Shown one piece after another: positions 27,328 to 41,300 of a stretch of 64,000 nt of DNA. Position 1 is the first letter of the stretch; each line of letters starts with the position of its first letter. Where the stretch lies: assembly GCA_964016885.1 (NCBI GenBank), contig OZ024740.1:413106001-413170000 (forward strand), in the 5' to 3' direction. The notes beneath the pieces are model-generated. The model had not been told where the DNA came from. It worked only from the letters and a program-made list of their open reading frames with translations, and did no database searches. The translations under genes and the position numbers were made by a program. The stretch comes from Eledone cirrhosa (lineage: Eukaryota).

Positions 27328-28357
27328 AAAAAATGGGGAGAAGAATACTGCAGGTTGCACATGGATACCATGTAATAAAATAAGTCCCTCATCAGTGATT
27401 TGCCGACGATCATAGATATTTCATTGCATTAAAAATCATATACCTCACGTCGGTGCAATAATAATTAAATTAAGTTATTAGGACAATTAAAACGTGTAAA
27501 GCGAGTGAGACAAGATAACAACAAAGAGGAGAGCTAACCGTAGAAGGAAGGGAACAAGCTTCATAGTTATTCTGTTAGCATAAGCTAGGTGAATATATGA
27601 GCGCTTAGAAAAAAGACCTTTCGGGAACGAATCCAAATGTGAGAAAGAGAGAAAATGTTTTCGTCGCGAACGGGGTGAAGTGAGAAGAGGAGAAACAGTG
27701 AGTGAGTGAGTGGAAGTGTGAGAAAGAGTTAACTGACATGACAGAGGGGGCGAAAGAAAGTAGGAGAAACAGAGAGAACGAGGGAGCAGTAAGAGAGAGA
27801 GAGAGAGAAAAAAACAGAATCGCAGTTTAGGTAAATATATGTGAAAAAATGGGGAGAAGAATACTGCAGGTTGCACATGGATAACATGTAATAAAATAAG
27901 TCCCTCATCAGTGATTTGCCGACGATCATAGATATTTCATTGCATTAAAAATCATATACCTCACGTCGGTGCAATAATAATTAAATTAAGTTATTAGGAC
28001 AATTAAAACGCGTAAAGCGAGTGAGACAAGATAACAACAAAGAGGAGAGCTAACCGTAGAAGGAAGGGAACAAGCTTCATAGTTATTCTGTTAGCATAAG
28101 CTAGGTGAATATATGAGCGCTTAGAAAACAGACCTTTCGGGAACGAATCCAAATGTGAGAAAGAGAGAAAAGGTTTTCGTCGCGAACGGGGTGAAGTGAG
28201 AAGAGGAGAAACAGTGAGTGAGTGAGTGGAAGTGTGAGGAAGAGTTAACTGACATGACAGAGGGGGCGAAAGAAAGTAGGAGAAACAGAGAGAACGAGGG
28301 AGCAGTAAGAGAGAGAGAGAGAAAAAAACAGAATCGCAGTTTAGGTAAATATATGTG
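27323..28357 (-). mobile_element. Non-coding 516-bp-unit element, 2 head-to-tail copies (locus B)
   Basis: Offset 516 (27325 vs 27841) with near-identical units. The reverse complement aligns along its length with the locus A unit. The 3' end abuts (TA)n. Confidence 0.88.
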
Positions 28358-28404
28358 ATTATTCATGTATATATATATATGTTAATCAATTTCTAGTTAT
28401 TATA

Positions 28405-28465
<61 letters not shown>

Positions 28466-28675
28466 ATAATAATAGATGTGATGACTAAAATCAAAAGAAG
28501 GCTCGATAAGGATAAATATTTATCAAATATATAAGAATCATAGAGCAACTATGTTTTCCTTTGGTTGCAATGTTTTTCGAAATAATTTCTGCGTTCACAG
28601 ATTGATTTTTTTTAGTTTCAGAAGATCCCGTTAAGTGTGAAAGCAACGATTCTTTGCTTAAACTTTAATCTGTTA

Positions 28676-28736
<61 letters not shown>

Positions 28737-28789
28737 ATGCGAGACAAACGACAACAGAAACACGAAACCTCCATCTGAATTTTATTTTT

Positions 28790-28925
28790 AAAAATCATAA
28801 GAACTGTGAAACTATGTGACTAAATAAATAAATATTCTTGAAAGACTCCAGTTGCATTTTCCATTTGTTTAAGTTATATCCCAGCGTGGGATATCTCTTT
28901 TTAAAACCCTCATTTTCTGTTATAT
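28790..28925 (+). repeat. Dispersed repeat homologous to ~3495-3650
   Basis: Both share 'agaactg.gaaac', 'aagactccagttgcattttc' and 'aaa.cctcattttct', followed by TA-rich sequence. Confidence 0.65.
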
Positions 28926-28984
28926 AATATATATATGTGTGTGTGTGTGTCGAAACTGGAGAAAAAGCTAGACGGGGCATACAC

Positions 28985-29323
28985 ACGTATTCTCCGTGCT
29001 GCTTAAAATGTATCTTGGAGGGAACACTCAACAAATAAGGATCTCTATGGCAATATACTACCTATCACCAGGTCAATACGTAAACAGAGACTCGGATTTG
29101 CTGGCCATTTCTGGCGCAGCAAGGAAGAAATAGCAGGTGATGTATTGTTATGGAGTCCATCTCATGGAGCAAGAAACGCTGGTCGTCCCAAGAAGACATG
29201 CGTCAAGCAACTTGCGGACGATACTGGATGCACTGCGGAAAAATTAGCAAACGCTATGAGGGACAGAGATTGATGGAGGAAACTTGTCGTAGAAAGCCGA
29301 GCAAGCTCGACCTGATGATGATG
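28985..29323 (+). mobile_element. 3' end of an RTE-X/RTE-like LINE with (TGA)n tail
   Basis: Translation 'LRAA*NVSWREHSTNKDLYGNILPITRSIRKQRLGFAGHFWRSKEEIAGDVLLWSPSHGARNAGRP'. Ends in tgatgatgatg. Confidence 0.82.
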
Positions 29324-29865
29324 GTGTATGTATGTATCTATTTAACTATCTCTTCTCTCTTTATTCATCTCATGCTTGCTGACAACAGCCTGTGATTTAT
29401 GTAGAATTTATCGACACATTAAATCTAAAAATATAGATCCATATCAAGATATTTTTTATTGATTACATCATTTGTTAAAGGATATATTTATATTAATAAT
29501 AGACATATCTATTCATGTTTATTCCTAACGTCAGTGTAAATATCTGAAAATATATCTAATAATCCGCTCACAAATGAAGGTTCCTTCATTTGTTTTTAAG
29601 ATTTAAGTACACTGGTATTTAAAACATCCCCTTCAGTGTGCAAATACGTGTGTGTATGTGTGAGTTTGCACGTGAGTCTACGTGTAGGTATGGCATATTG
29701 AACAGACATCGAAGCCATGAAGATGCATTTGATAAAATACATTTAGTTTTATTTTCTGGTATAAAAAAATAAGAATCAAATTATGTTTTTTTAATGTTAT
29801 CAAATGCATTGTATTGGCTTCCACGTCTGTTCACAATTTTGAATTTATCACAAAAATGTAATGTC

Positions 29866-30090
<225 letters not shown>

Positions 30091-30177
30091 AGTGAAAAAT
30101 TGAACGGGAACAAAACAGAAGGCAGTACGAACAAAGGTTTATTAGTTTCACGCTCTTGAGAGTGGGGTGGTGGTCGG

Positions 30178-30210
30178 GTCGACGTTTCGGGCATAATCCC
30201 TTCTTCAGGC
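30178..30210 (-). ncRNA. Minimal hammerhead ribozyme (PLE-2 3' pLTR)
   Basis: CTGAAGA-a-ggg(attatg)ccc-GAAA-c-GTC with palindromic acgt. Stem I is weak. Confidence 0.75.
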
Positions 30211-31404
30211 GAAAAGTGTGTGGGAAGAGAGTTCCAAGCGTGTGTTGGGGAGTGGGGGAGAGACATTTAGAAAAAAGGGGGTGAGAGGAAACGGTACAAA
30301 TGAAAATAAATATAAAAGCATAAAAGAATAAAAATAAACATGAAGTAAAACAAGTAGTGGAAGGGTGTGGGGCGTGTAGGGGTGGTGGCGGGTGGTGTGG
30401 GTGAGAGGAAGGCGGGGTGTCCGAGCGGGGAGAGCTGAATGTGGTGTGTGTGTGTAGGTGTACGTGTGTGTGTGCGTGTGTGGATGGGGAGGCGTCAGAG
30501 GGGTGGGGGAGGGGAGGAGAGGATTCCGGAGGCTGAGTGTGTAAATATGTGGTGGTACGCACGTGTGTGTGGTGTTTATACGTATTGTGGATGTAGGTGG
30601 CGCGTGGGAAAAAAAATTTTTTTAGTGTATGTCCGTGGGTAAGTTCCTAAGGTAATTCCGTAGAGGATGTGGTGGGATGCCGGGTAATTTCCTTGTGATG
30701 GAGTTGAATCGTGGGAGCGATGTCCAATGTGTGTAATCCGTGGTTGGGTTTGTCGGAAGAGAGATGTGGGGTGCAAGCGCAACGGGAAATGATTAGAGGG
30801 TCAAGGCAGGAGGAAGGTTGTGTGTCTGTGTGTGCGGAGAGGTGGTCAGAGATTCAAGGCATAGCAGCAGTCGGAGATAATGGCAGGTGGTGAAAGTCGA
30901 TGTGTCAGTGTGTGCGGAGGTGCGGTGGACAGGGGTGAGTATGGATAGGTGTGAAAGGTGTGGTGAGAAGGGGGTGTATTAGTAGAGATGTGTGTGTGTG
31001 TGGTGAAGGGGTGTTAGTGGGTGTTAGTATACTGGTGGTGGGGAAAGGGTTGAATAGGGGTGTTAGTGGGGGTCAGTGGTGGTAGGGTGTATAGAGTGGG
31101 TGGTGTAAGTGGGTGTGTGGGTTCGCGTGCGTGGGGTCGGGGGAGGGGGGGGGGGGCTTGGTGTTAGTGGTATTAGTTGTTGGGTGGTGGGAGTGGATGT
31201 ATGGGTGTGGGGTTAGTGGTGGTAGTAGGGTGTGGTTAGTGTGAGTGCGTGTATATATGTACCGCTGGGTGTGTGCGTGATAAGGGGAAGGAAGGAAGAA
31301 GAAAGGAGGGATGTTAGTATTGTTAGTTGGGGAAGGGTGGTCGGGTGTGTGGTGGGGTTGTTAGTATTGTGTATGTATGTGGGGGGGGGCATGGCGGTCG
31401 AAGG

Positions 31405-34103
31405 CTAAAGGAATAGGGGCGGGAAGTTCAGGCCGGGTGGAGTGTGGGTCTGTAGGGTGAAGATGGTGCGTTGTTCGACCCTGAGGAGGGTGGTGGGTGT
31501 TCCGTGGCCTTGGAGTAGGACACAGACTGTGAGGTGGTGCGCGGAATGTCTAGGGGCTCCAAAGTGGCGGGTGATGGGGGAACTACCGCCGAGACGAATA
31601 TCCCGGAGGTGTGCGGTAAACTGTTTCGCCAGGCGACGTCCAGTCTGTCCGACGTAGGTTGCGCTGCACTCCTTGCAGCGAAGTCCATAGACTAGGTTGG
31701 AGGAAGTGCAGCGGAAAGCGTGCCGGACAGAGCGAGAGTGGCCGTTGGGACCCTGGAAGATGGTGGTGTTGGTGATGTGGGGACAGGTGTTGCAACGAGG
31801 CGTGGAACAGGGAAGGGAATCGGGGGGGGAGCTGCGGACGATGAGGGTGCAGAGATTGCGTGCGCGTTTGGAGGAGGGGAGTGGTGGGGCTGGGAAGATG
31901 TGGGAGGTGGAGGAATCCACTGGAGGCGTCGGAAGAGGCGGAGGATGGTGCGGTGGAGGGGTAGGGTGGAGGGTGATAGGTGATGGGGACTGGGAGACGG
32001 TGGGTGGGTGTGGGGTGAGGGTGGTGGAGCGGGGGACAGCACGGGCGCGGGTGAGGGCGGTGTGGACGAGAGAGGGGGTAACCTCTGCGGATGAAATGGC
32101 TGACTAAGGAAAGGGCCTGGGACTCAAAGTCAGCATCTCGGCTACAGAGGCGGCGGATCCTGAGGAGTTGGGAGTACGGAATAGAGTGTTTAGTGTGTGT
32201 AGGGTGGGAAGAGGTGAAGTCGAGGTAGGAGTGGGAGTCGGTGGGTTCGAAGAAGGCGGAGGTGTCAAGGGAGTGGTGGGAGGTGTCGAAGGCGACGGAG
32301 ATGTCTAAGAAGTGGACGTGAGTGGTGGAGATACAGGTGGTGAAGTGGAGGGAGGGGTGGAAGGAGCAGAAGAAGGAGAGAAAGGAGTCGAGCTGTTCTC
32401 GGGTGAGGGTCGTGGCTCCGATACAGTCGTCGATGTAACGACCGTACAGTTCGGAGCGTGGGTCCGGAGTACTGGGCAAAAATTTGGGCCTCAACATGGC
32501 CAACAAAAAGGTTGGCACAGATTGGGCCCATTCTTGTGCCAATGACTACCCCCGTGACCTGTTGGTAAAACTCACCCGAGAAAGAGAAACAGTTTAGGGT
32601 GAGGACAAGCTCGGCGAGGCGAAGGAGGGTGGGGGTAAAGGGGATGGGGGAGGAGCCAAGGTCGAGGTAGTGCTTGAGGGCACGCAGGCCGTCGACGTGG
32701 GGGATGGCTGTATAGAGCGACTTGATATCTAGGGTGAAGAGAAAGGGCTGTGGGCCGGGTGGGAAGGTGAAGGAGTCGAATAGGCGAAAGGCGTGGTTGG
32801 TGTCGGAGATGTGGGAGGGGAGGGTGGTAACCATGGGGGCGAGGATGGAGTCAAGAAAGGCGGAGATGTGTTCGGTGGGGCAGTTGCAAGCGGAGACGAT
32901 GGGGCGGCCGGAGTTGTCAGGTTTGGGGAGTTTGGGGAGAAGTAGATAGTGGGGGTGTGAGGGGGGGACGATGAGGTGGGAAGCGCTGGGGGAGAGGAGG
33001 GAGGAGGAGACAAGATGTTGGATGGTGGAAGAAACTTGTTGTTGGTAGAGGGGTGTGCGATCGGAGGGTAGAGGGCGGTCGAAGAGGGGGCTACGGAGCT
33101 GCCTGAGGGCTTCGGCCGTGTAGAGGTCCGCGCGCCACACCACCACGGAGCCTCCCCTGATCGCCGGTTTGATGACGATGTCATCTCGGCAACGGGGGGA
33201 GCGGAGAGCGAGGAGTTCGCCCCGTGAGATGTTATTCCATTGGAACCGGGGGCGGAAGTCGAAGCGATTAACTGCGCTACGGCTGGCATCGACGAACGCG
33301 TCCAGGGTGCTAAATTGCCCTGGAGCCGGCGTCCAAGACGATGGTCATCGGCGCAGGGCGAGAAATTGGTTTGGGGCGTTCGGAGCCGGTGGTGTTTGAC
33401 CGAAATGTGCCTGTAGCTTCGTGCGTCGCACGAATCGCTCGACTTCCGTTCGTGTGCGGAAGTCATCGCTGTGTGGCGTGTGGGGTATGAAGCGAAGGCC
33501 TCTACTGAGTAGTGAGCGCTCAGGTGCGGAGAGGGGGAGGTCAGGGTGTATGGTGACAACAAGTGGTAGAGTTTGGGTGTGTGAGGGAGATTGGGTAGGA
33601 GGTGAGGGAGGGGTGGAGAGTGGCGGGTGGTGGTGGATGGAGGTGGTCGGGAGGAGTGAGTGTAGCTTACTGGCGTTGGTGGAGGTGAGGAAGGAGAAGA
33701 GGTCGTGGTTGAGGTTTTGGATGAAGAGGAGGATGGCGTGGGCGAGGAGGGGTGGCAGGCGGAGTTAAGGCGGAGGAGGGTGGCGGTCAGTTGGTAGTCA
33801 AGTTTGCGGATGGTGGAGCGGGAGGCCTGGAGGGAGTTGCGCATTAGGAGGCGCGAGGATCGGGTGATGATACGTTGGGTGGAGAGGGATGCGGAGTGGG
33901 GGGATTGTAGACGGAAGCCGAGGGGGATAAGGTGGGGATGTAGGCAGCGGCTGAGGAAATGGATGTGGCTGGAAGGCCGGGTTTTGGCGAAGAGATGGTA
34001 GGAGAGTTGAGGGGCTGAAGTGAGATAGCAGGGTGGGAGGAGGTGGTGAGGAAAGTTTGAGAAGGGTGTTGAGTTGGTGGAGAAAGGATCTCAGGCCGGG
34101 CAT
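31405..34103 (-). pseudogene. Frameshifted PLE polyprotein (RT + GIY-YIG)
   Basis: ATG at 34103 (MPGLRSFL). Motifs LPKLPK..GRPIVS, TLDIKSLYT, GVVIGTRMGP, RYIDDC, FLDI, CSTPRCNTC, NLVYGLRCKEC..YVGQTGR and PPGLN, split over several frames. Confidence 0.92.
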
Positions 34104-34605
34104 GGTGGGCGTGGAGTGAAAGCAGGGGGAGGAATGAGAAGGAAGGTGTGTGAAGCGGGGGGGGGGGGGGGGGTAACGAAGGCGTGAGTGCGAATGATGG
34201 GCAGAGACGGGGAAGGGAAGAAAATCAAAGAGAAATAACGTAAGGAGAGTATACACAGGAAAATCATAGACAAAAAATCATAATCTTTAAAAAACACAGG
34301 CAATCATTGACAAAAATACATAGACAGAAATAAAAAAAGTACAGTAAATAAATCAATAAAAAAGTAATGCAAAGAAAAGCAAAAAGTAAAAAACAAGTTG
34401 TGGGAAGGTGTGGGGAAAGTTCAGCGAGTGGTCATGGCGGATTAGATCGGGGTTGAGCCGCTAGTCAAGGTAGTATTCCAAGGAGGTATGGAAGCCGTGG
34501 GAGGGTGTATTGTATAGTGAAAAATTGAACGGGAACAAAACAGAGAGGCAGTGCGAACAAAGGTTTATTAGTTTCACGCTCTTGAGAGTGGGGTGGTGGT
34601 GGCGG

Positions 34606-34638
34606 ACGAAGTTTCGGGCATAAGCCCTTCTTCAGGCG
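34606..34638 (-). ncRNA. Minimal hammerhead (PLE-2 5' pLTR, mutated triplet)
   Basis: CTGAAGA-a-gggc(ttat)gccc-GAAA-c-TTC. Confidence 0.65.
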
Positions 34639-34883
34639 AAAAGTGTGTCGGAAGAGAGTTCCAAGGGTATGAAGGGGAGTGGGGGAGAGACATTTAGAAA
34701 AAAGGGGGTGAGAGGAAACGGTACAAATGAAAATAAATATAAAAGCATAATAAAAATAAAAATAAACATGTAGTAAAACAAGTGGGGAAGGGTGTGGGGC
34801 GTGTAGGGGTGGTGGCGGAGGGAGTGGGGAGAGGGAGGCGGGGTGTCCGAGCGGGAAGGGCTGAATGTAGTGTGTGTAGGTGT

Positions 34884-34946
<63 letters not shown>

Positions 34947-35354
34947 AATGTGAGTGTTGGAGGAAGAACGGGGGTTGCATGCTCAGGAAAAGGTGTGTGT
35001 TGGTGGGGTGTATGTCGGTGTGTGTGTGCGTGTGTGGATGGGAAGGAGTCAGACGGGTGGGGGAGGGGAGGAGAGGTTCCGGAGGCTGAGTGTGTAGATA
35101 TGTGGTGGTACGCACGTGTGTGTGGTGTTTATACGTATTGTGGATGTAGGTGGCGTGTGGGAAAAAAAATATATTAGTGTATGTCCGTGGGTAAGTTACT
35201 AAGGTAATTCCGTAGAGGATGTGGTGGGATGCCGGGTAATTTCCTTGTGATGGAGTTGATTCGTGGGAGCGATGTCCAATGTGTGTAATCCGTGGTTTGT
35301 TTGGTCCTAATAAACAGTCATATAACATACAGCACGCACAACAGCTATACGGAA

Positions 35355-38300
35355 CACACTAAGTAACAGACAACCTCATTACAGTACACACTAAGTAACA
35401 GACAACCTCATTACAGTATACACTAAGTAACAGACAACCTCATTACAATACACACTAAGTAACAGACAACCTCATTACATTATACACTAAGTAACAGAAA
35501 ACCTCATTACAATACACACTAAGGAACAGACAACCTCATTACAGTACACACTACGTAACAGACAACCTCATTACAATACACACTAAGTAACAGACAACCT
35601 CATTACAGTACACACTAAGTAACAGACAATCTCATTACAGTACACACTAAGTAACAGACAACCTCATTACAGTATACACTAAGTAACAGACAACCTCATT
35701 ACAGTATACACTAAGTAACAGACAACCTCATTACAGTATACACTAAGTAACAGACAACCTCATTACAGTACACACTAAGTAACAGACAACCTCATTACAG
35801 TACACACTAAGTAACAGACAACCTCATTACAGTACACACTAAGTAACAGACAACCTCATTACAGTACACACAAAGTAACAGACAACCTCATTACAGTATA
35901 CACTAAGTAACAGACAACCTCATTACAGTACAAACTAAGTAACAGACAACCTTATTACAGTACACACTAAGTAACAGACAACCACATTACAGTACACACT
36001 ATGTAACAGACAACCTCATTACAGTATACACTAAGTAACAGACAACCTTATTACAGTACACACTAAGTAAAAGACAACCTCATTACAGTACACACTATGT
36101 AATAGACAACCTCATTACAGTATACACTAAGTAACAGACAACCTCATTACAATACAAACTAAGTAACAGACAAACTCATTACAGTACACACTAAGTAACA
36201 GACAACCTCATTACAGTATACACTAAGTAACAGACAACCTCGTTACAGTATACACTAAGTAACAGACAAGCTCATTACAGTATACACTAAGTAACAAACA
36301 ACCTCATTACTATACACACTAAGTAACAGACAACCTCATTACAGTACACACTATGTAACAGACAACCTCATTACAATACACACTAAGTAACAGACAACCT
36401 CATTACAATATACACTAAGTAACAGACAACCTCATTACAATACACACTAAGTAACAGAAAACCTCATTACAGTACACACTATGTAACAGACAACCTCATT
36501 ACAATACACACTAAGTAACAGACAACCTCATTACAATACACACTAAGTAACAGACAACCTCATTACAGTACACTCTAAGTAACAGACAACCTCATTACAG
36601 TATACACTAAGTAACAGACAACATCATTACAGTATACACTAAGTAACAGACAACCTCATTACAGTATACACTAAGTAACAGACAACCTCACTACAGTATA
36701 CACTAAGTAACAGACAACCTCATTACAGTATACACTAAGTAACAGACAACCTCATTACAGTACACACTAAGTAACAGACAACCTCATTACAGTATACACT
36801 AAGTAACAGACAACCTCATTACAGTATACACTAAGTAACAGACAACCTCACTACAGTATACACTAAGTAACAGACAACCTCATTACAGTATATACTAAGT
36901 AACAGACAACCTCATTACAGTACACACTAAATAACATACAACCTCATTACAGTATACACTAAGTAACAGACAACCTCATTACAGTATACACTAAGTAACA
37001 GACAACCTCATTACAGTACACACTAAGTAACAGACAAACTCATTACAGTATACACTAAGTAACAGACAACCTCACTACAGTACACACTAAGTAACAGACA
37101 ACCTCATTACAGTATACACTAAGTAACAGACAACCTCATTACAGTATACACTAAGTAACAGAAAATCTCACTACAGTACACACTAAGTAACAGACAACCT
37201 CATTACAGTATACACTAAGTAACAGAAAATCTCACTACAGTACACACTAAGTAACAGACAACCTCATTACAGTACACACTATGTAACAGACAACCTCATT
37301 ACGATACACACTAAGTAACAGACAACCTCATTACAATACACACTAAGTAACAGACAACCTCATTACAGTACACTCTAAGTAACAGACAACCTCATTACAG
37401 TATACACTAAGTAACAGACAACATCATTACAGTATACACTACGTAACAGACAACCTCATTACAGTACACACTAAGTAACAGACAACCTCATTACAGTACA
37501 CACTAAGTAAAAGACAACCTCATTACAGTACACACTAAGTAACAGACAACCTCATTACAATACACACTAAGTAACAGACAACCTCATTACAGTATACATT
37601 AAGTAACAGACAACCTCATTACAGTATACACTAAGTAACAGACATCCTCATTACAGTACACACTAAGTAACAGACAACCTCATTACAGTACACACTAAGT
37701 AACAGACAACCTCATTACAGTATACACTAAGTAACAGACAACCTCATTACAGTACACACTAAGTAACAGACAACCTCATTACAGTACACACTAAGTAACA
37801 GACAACCTCATTACAGTATACACTAAGTAACAGACAACCTCATTACAGTATACACTAAATAACAGTCAACCTCATTACAATACACACTAAGTAACAGTCA
37901 ACCTCATTACAGTATACACTAAGTAACAGTCAACCTCATTACAGTATACACTAACTAACATACAACCTCATTACAGTACACTCTAAGTAACAGACAACCT
38001 CATTACAATACACACTAAGTAACAGACAACCTCATTACAGTACACACTAACTAACAGACAACCTCATTACAGTACACTCTACGTAACAGACAACCTCATT
38101 ACAATACACACTAAGTAAAAGACAACCTCATTACAGTAAACACTAAGTAACAGACAACCTCATTACAGTACACACTAAGTAACAGACACCCTCATTACAG
38201 TATACACTACGTAACAGACAACCTCATTACAGTATACACTAAGTAACAGACACCCTCATTACAGTATACACTAAGTAATAGACAACCTCATTACAGTACA

Positions 38301-41300
38301 CACTAAGTAACAGACAACCTCATTACAATACACACTAAGTAACAGACAACCTCATTACAGTATACATTAAGTAACAGACAACCTCATTACAGTATACACT
38401 AAGTGACAGACATCCTCATTACAGTACACACTAAGTAACAGACAACCTCATTACAGTACACACTAAGTAACAGACAACCTCATTACAGTATACACTAAGT
38501 AACAGACAACCTCATTACTGTACACACTAAGTAACAGACAACCTCATTACAGTACACACTATGTAACAGACAACCTCATTACAGTACACACTAAGTAACA
38601 GAAAACCTCATTACAGTATACACTAAGTAACAGACAACCTCATTACAGTATACACTAAATAACAGTCAACCTCATTACAATACACACTAAGTAACAGTCA
38701 ACCTCATTACAGTATACACTAAGTAACAGTCAACCTCATTACAGTATACACTAACTAACATACAACCTCATTACAGTACACTCTAAGTAACAGACAACCT
38801 CACTACAGTATACACTAAGTAACAGACAACCTCATTACAATACACACTAAGTAACAGAAAACCTCATTACAGTACACACTATGTAACAGACAACCTCATT
38901 ACAATACACACTAAGTAACAGACAACCTCATTACAATACACACTAAGTAACAGACAACCTCATTACAGTACACTCTAAGTAACAGACAACCTCATTACAG
39001 TATACACTAAGTAACAGACAACATCATTACAGTATACACTAAGTAACAGACAACCTCATTACAGTATACACTAAGTAACAGACAACCTCACTACAGTATG
39101 CACTAAGTAACAGACAACCTCATTACAGTATACACTAAGTAACAGACAACCTCATTACAGTACACACTAAGTAACAGACAACCTCATTACAGTATACACT
39201 AAGTAACAGACAACCTCATTACAGTATACACTAAGTAACAGACAACCTCACTACAGTATACACTAAGTAACAGACAACCTCATTACAGTATATACTAAGT
39301 AACAGACAACCTCATTACAGTACACACTAAGTAACATACAACCTCATTACAGTATACACTAAGTAACAGACAACCTCATTACAGTATACACTAAGTAACA
39401 GACAACCTCATTACAGTACACACTAAGTAACAGACAAACTCATTACAGTATACACTAAGTAACAGACAACCTCACTACAGTACACACTAAGTAACAGACA
39501 ACCTCATTACAGTATACACTAAGTAACAGACAACCTCATTACAGTATACACTAAGTAACAGAAAATCTCACTACAGTACACACTAAGTAACAGACAACCT
39601 CATTACAGTATACACTAAGTAACAGAAAATCTCACTACAGTACACACTAAGTAACAGACAACCTCATTACAGTACACACTATGTAACAGACAACCTCATT
39701 ACAATACACACTAAGTAACAGACAACCTCATTACAATACACACTAAGTAACAGACAACCTCATTACAGTACACTCTAAGTAACAGACAACCTCATTACAG
39801 TATACACTAAGTAACAGACAACATCATTACAGTATACACTAAGTAACAGACAACCTCATTACAGTACACACTAAGTAACAGACAACCTCATTACAGTACA
39901 CACTAAGTAAAAGACAACCTCATTACAGTACACACTAAGTAACAGACAACCTCATTACAATACACACTAAGTAACAGACAACCTCATTACAGTATACATT
40001 AAGTAACAGACAACCTCATTACAGTATACACTAAGTAACAGACATCCTCATTACAGTACACACTAAGTAACAGACAACCTCATTACAGTACACACTAAGT
40101 AACAGACAACCTCATTACAGTATACACTAAGTAACAGACAACCTCATTACTGTACACACTAAGTAACAGACAACCTCATTACAGTACACACTAAGTAACA
40201 GACAACCTCATTACAGTACACACTAAGTAACAGACAACCTCATTACAGTATACACTAAGTAACAGACAACCTCATTACAGTATACACTAAATAACAGTCA
40301 ACCTCATTACAATACACACTAAATAACAGTCAACCTCATTACAGTATACACTAAGTAACAGTCAACCTCATTACAGTATACACTAACTAACATACAACCT
40401 CATTACAGTACACGCTAAGTAACAGACAACCTCATTACAATACACACTAAGTAACAGACAACCTCATTACAGTACACACTAACTAACAGACAACCTCATT
40501 ACAGTACACTCTACGTAACAGACAACCTCATTACAATACACACTAAGTAAAAGACAACCTCATTACAGTAAACACTAAGTAACAGACAACCTCATTACAG
40601 TACACACTAAGTAACAGACACCCTCATTACAGTATACACTAAGTAACAGACAACCTCATTACAGTATACACTAAGTAACAGACACTCTCATTACAGCATA
40701 CACTAAGTAATAGACAACCTCATTACAGTACACACTAAGTAACAGACAACCTCATTACAGTATACACTAAGTAACAGACAACCTCATTACAGTATACACT
40801 AAATAACAGTCAACCTCATTACAATACACACTAAGTAACAGTCAACCTCATTACAGTATACACTAAGTAACAGTCAACCTCATTACAGTATACACTAACT
40901 AACATACAACCTCATTACAGTACACTCTAAGTAACAGACAACCTCACTACAGTATACACTAAGTAACAGACAACCTCATTACAATACACACTAAGTAACA
41001 GAAAACCTCATTACAGTACACACTATGTAACAGACAACCTCATTACAATACACACTAAGTAACAGACAACCTCATTACAATACACACTAAGAAACAGACA
41101 ACCTCATTACAGTACACTCTAAGTAACAGACAACCTCATTACAGTATACACTAAGTAACAGACAACATCATTACAGTATACACTAAGTAACAGACAACCT
41201 CATTACAGTATACACTAAGTAACAGACAACCTCACTACAGTATACACTAAGTAACAGACAACCTCATTACAGTATACACTAAGTAACAGACAACCTCATT

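Noticed and set aside
31428-34256. Pro/Ser-rich and antisense overlapping ORFs as separate genes
   Set aside because: They are alternative frames of the C-rich, frameshifted PLE-2 ORF.
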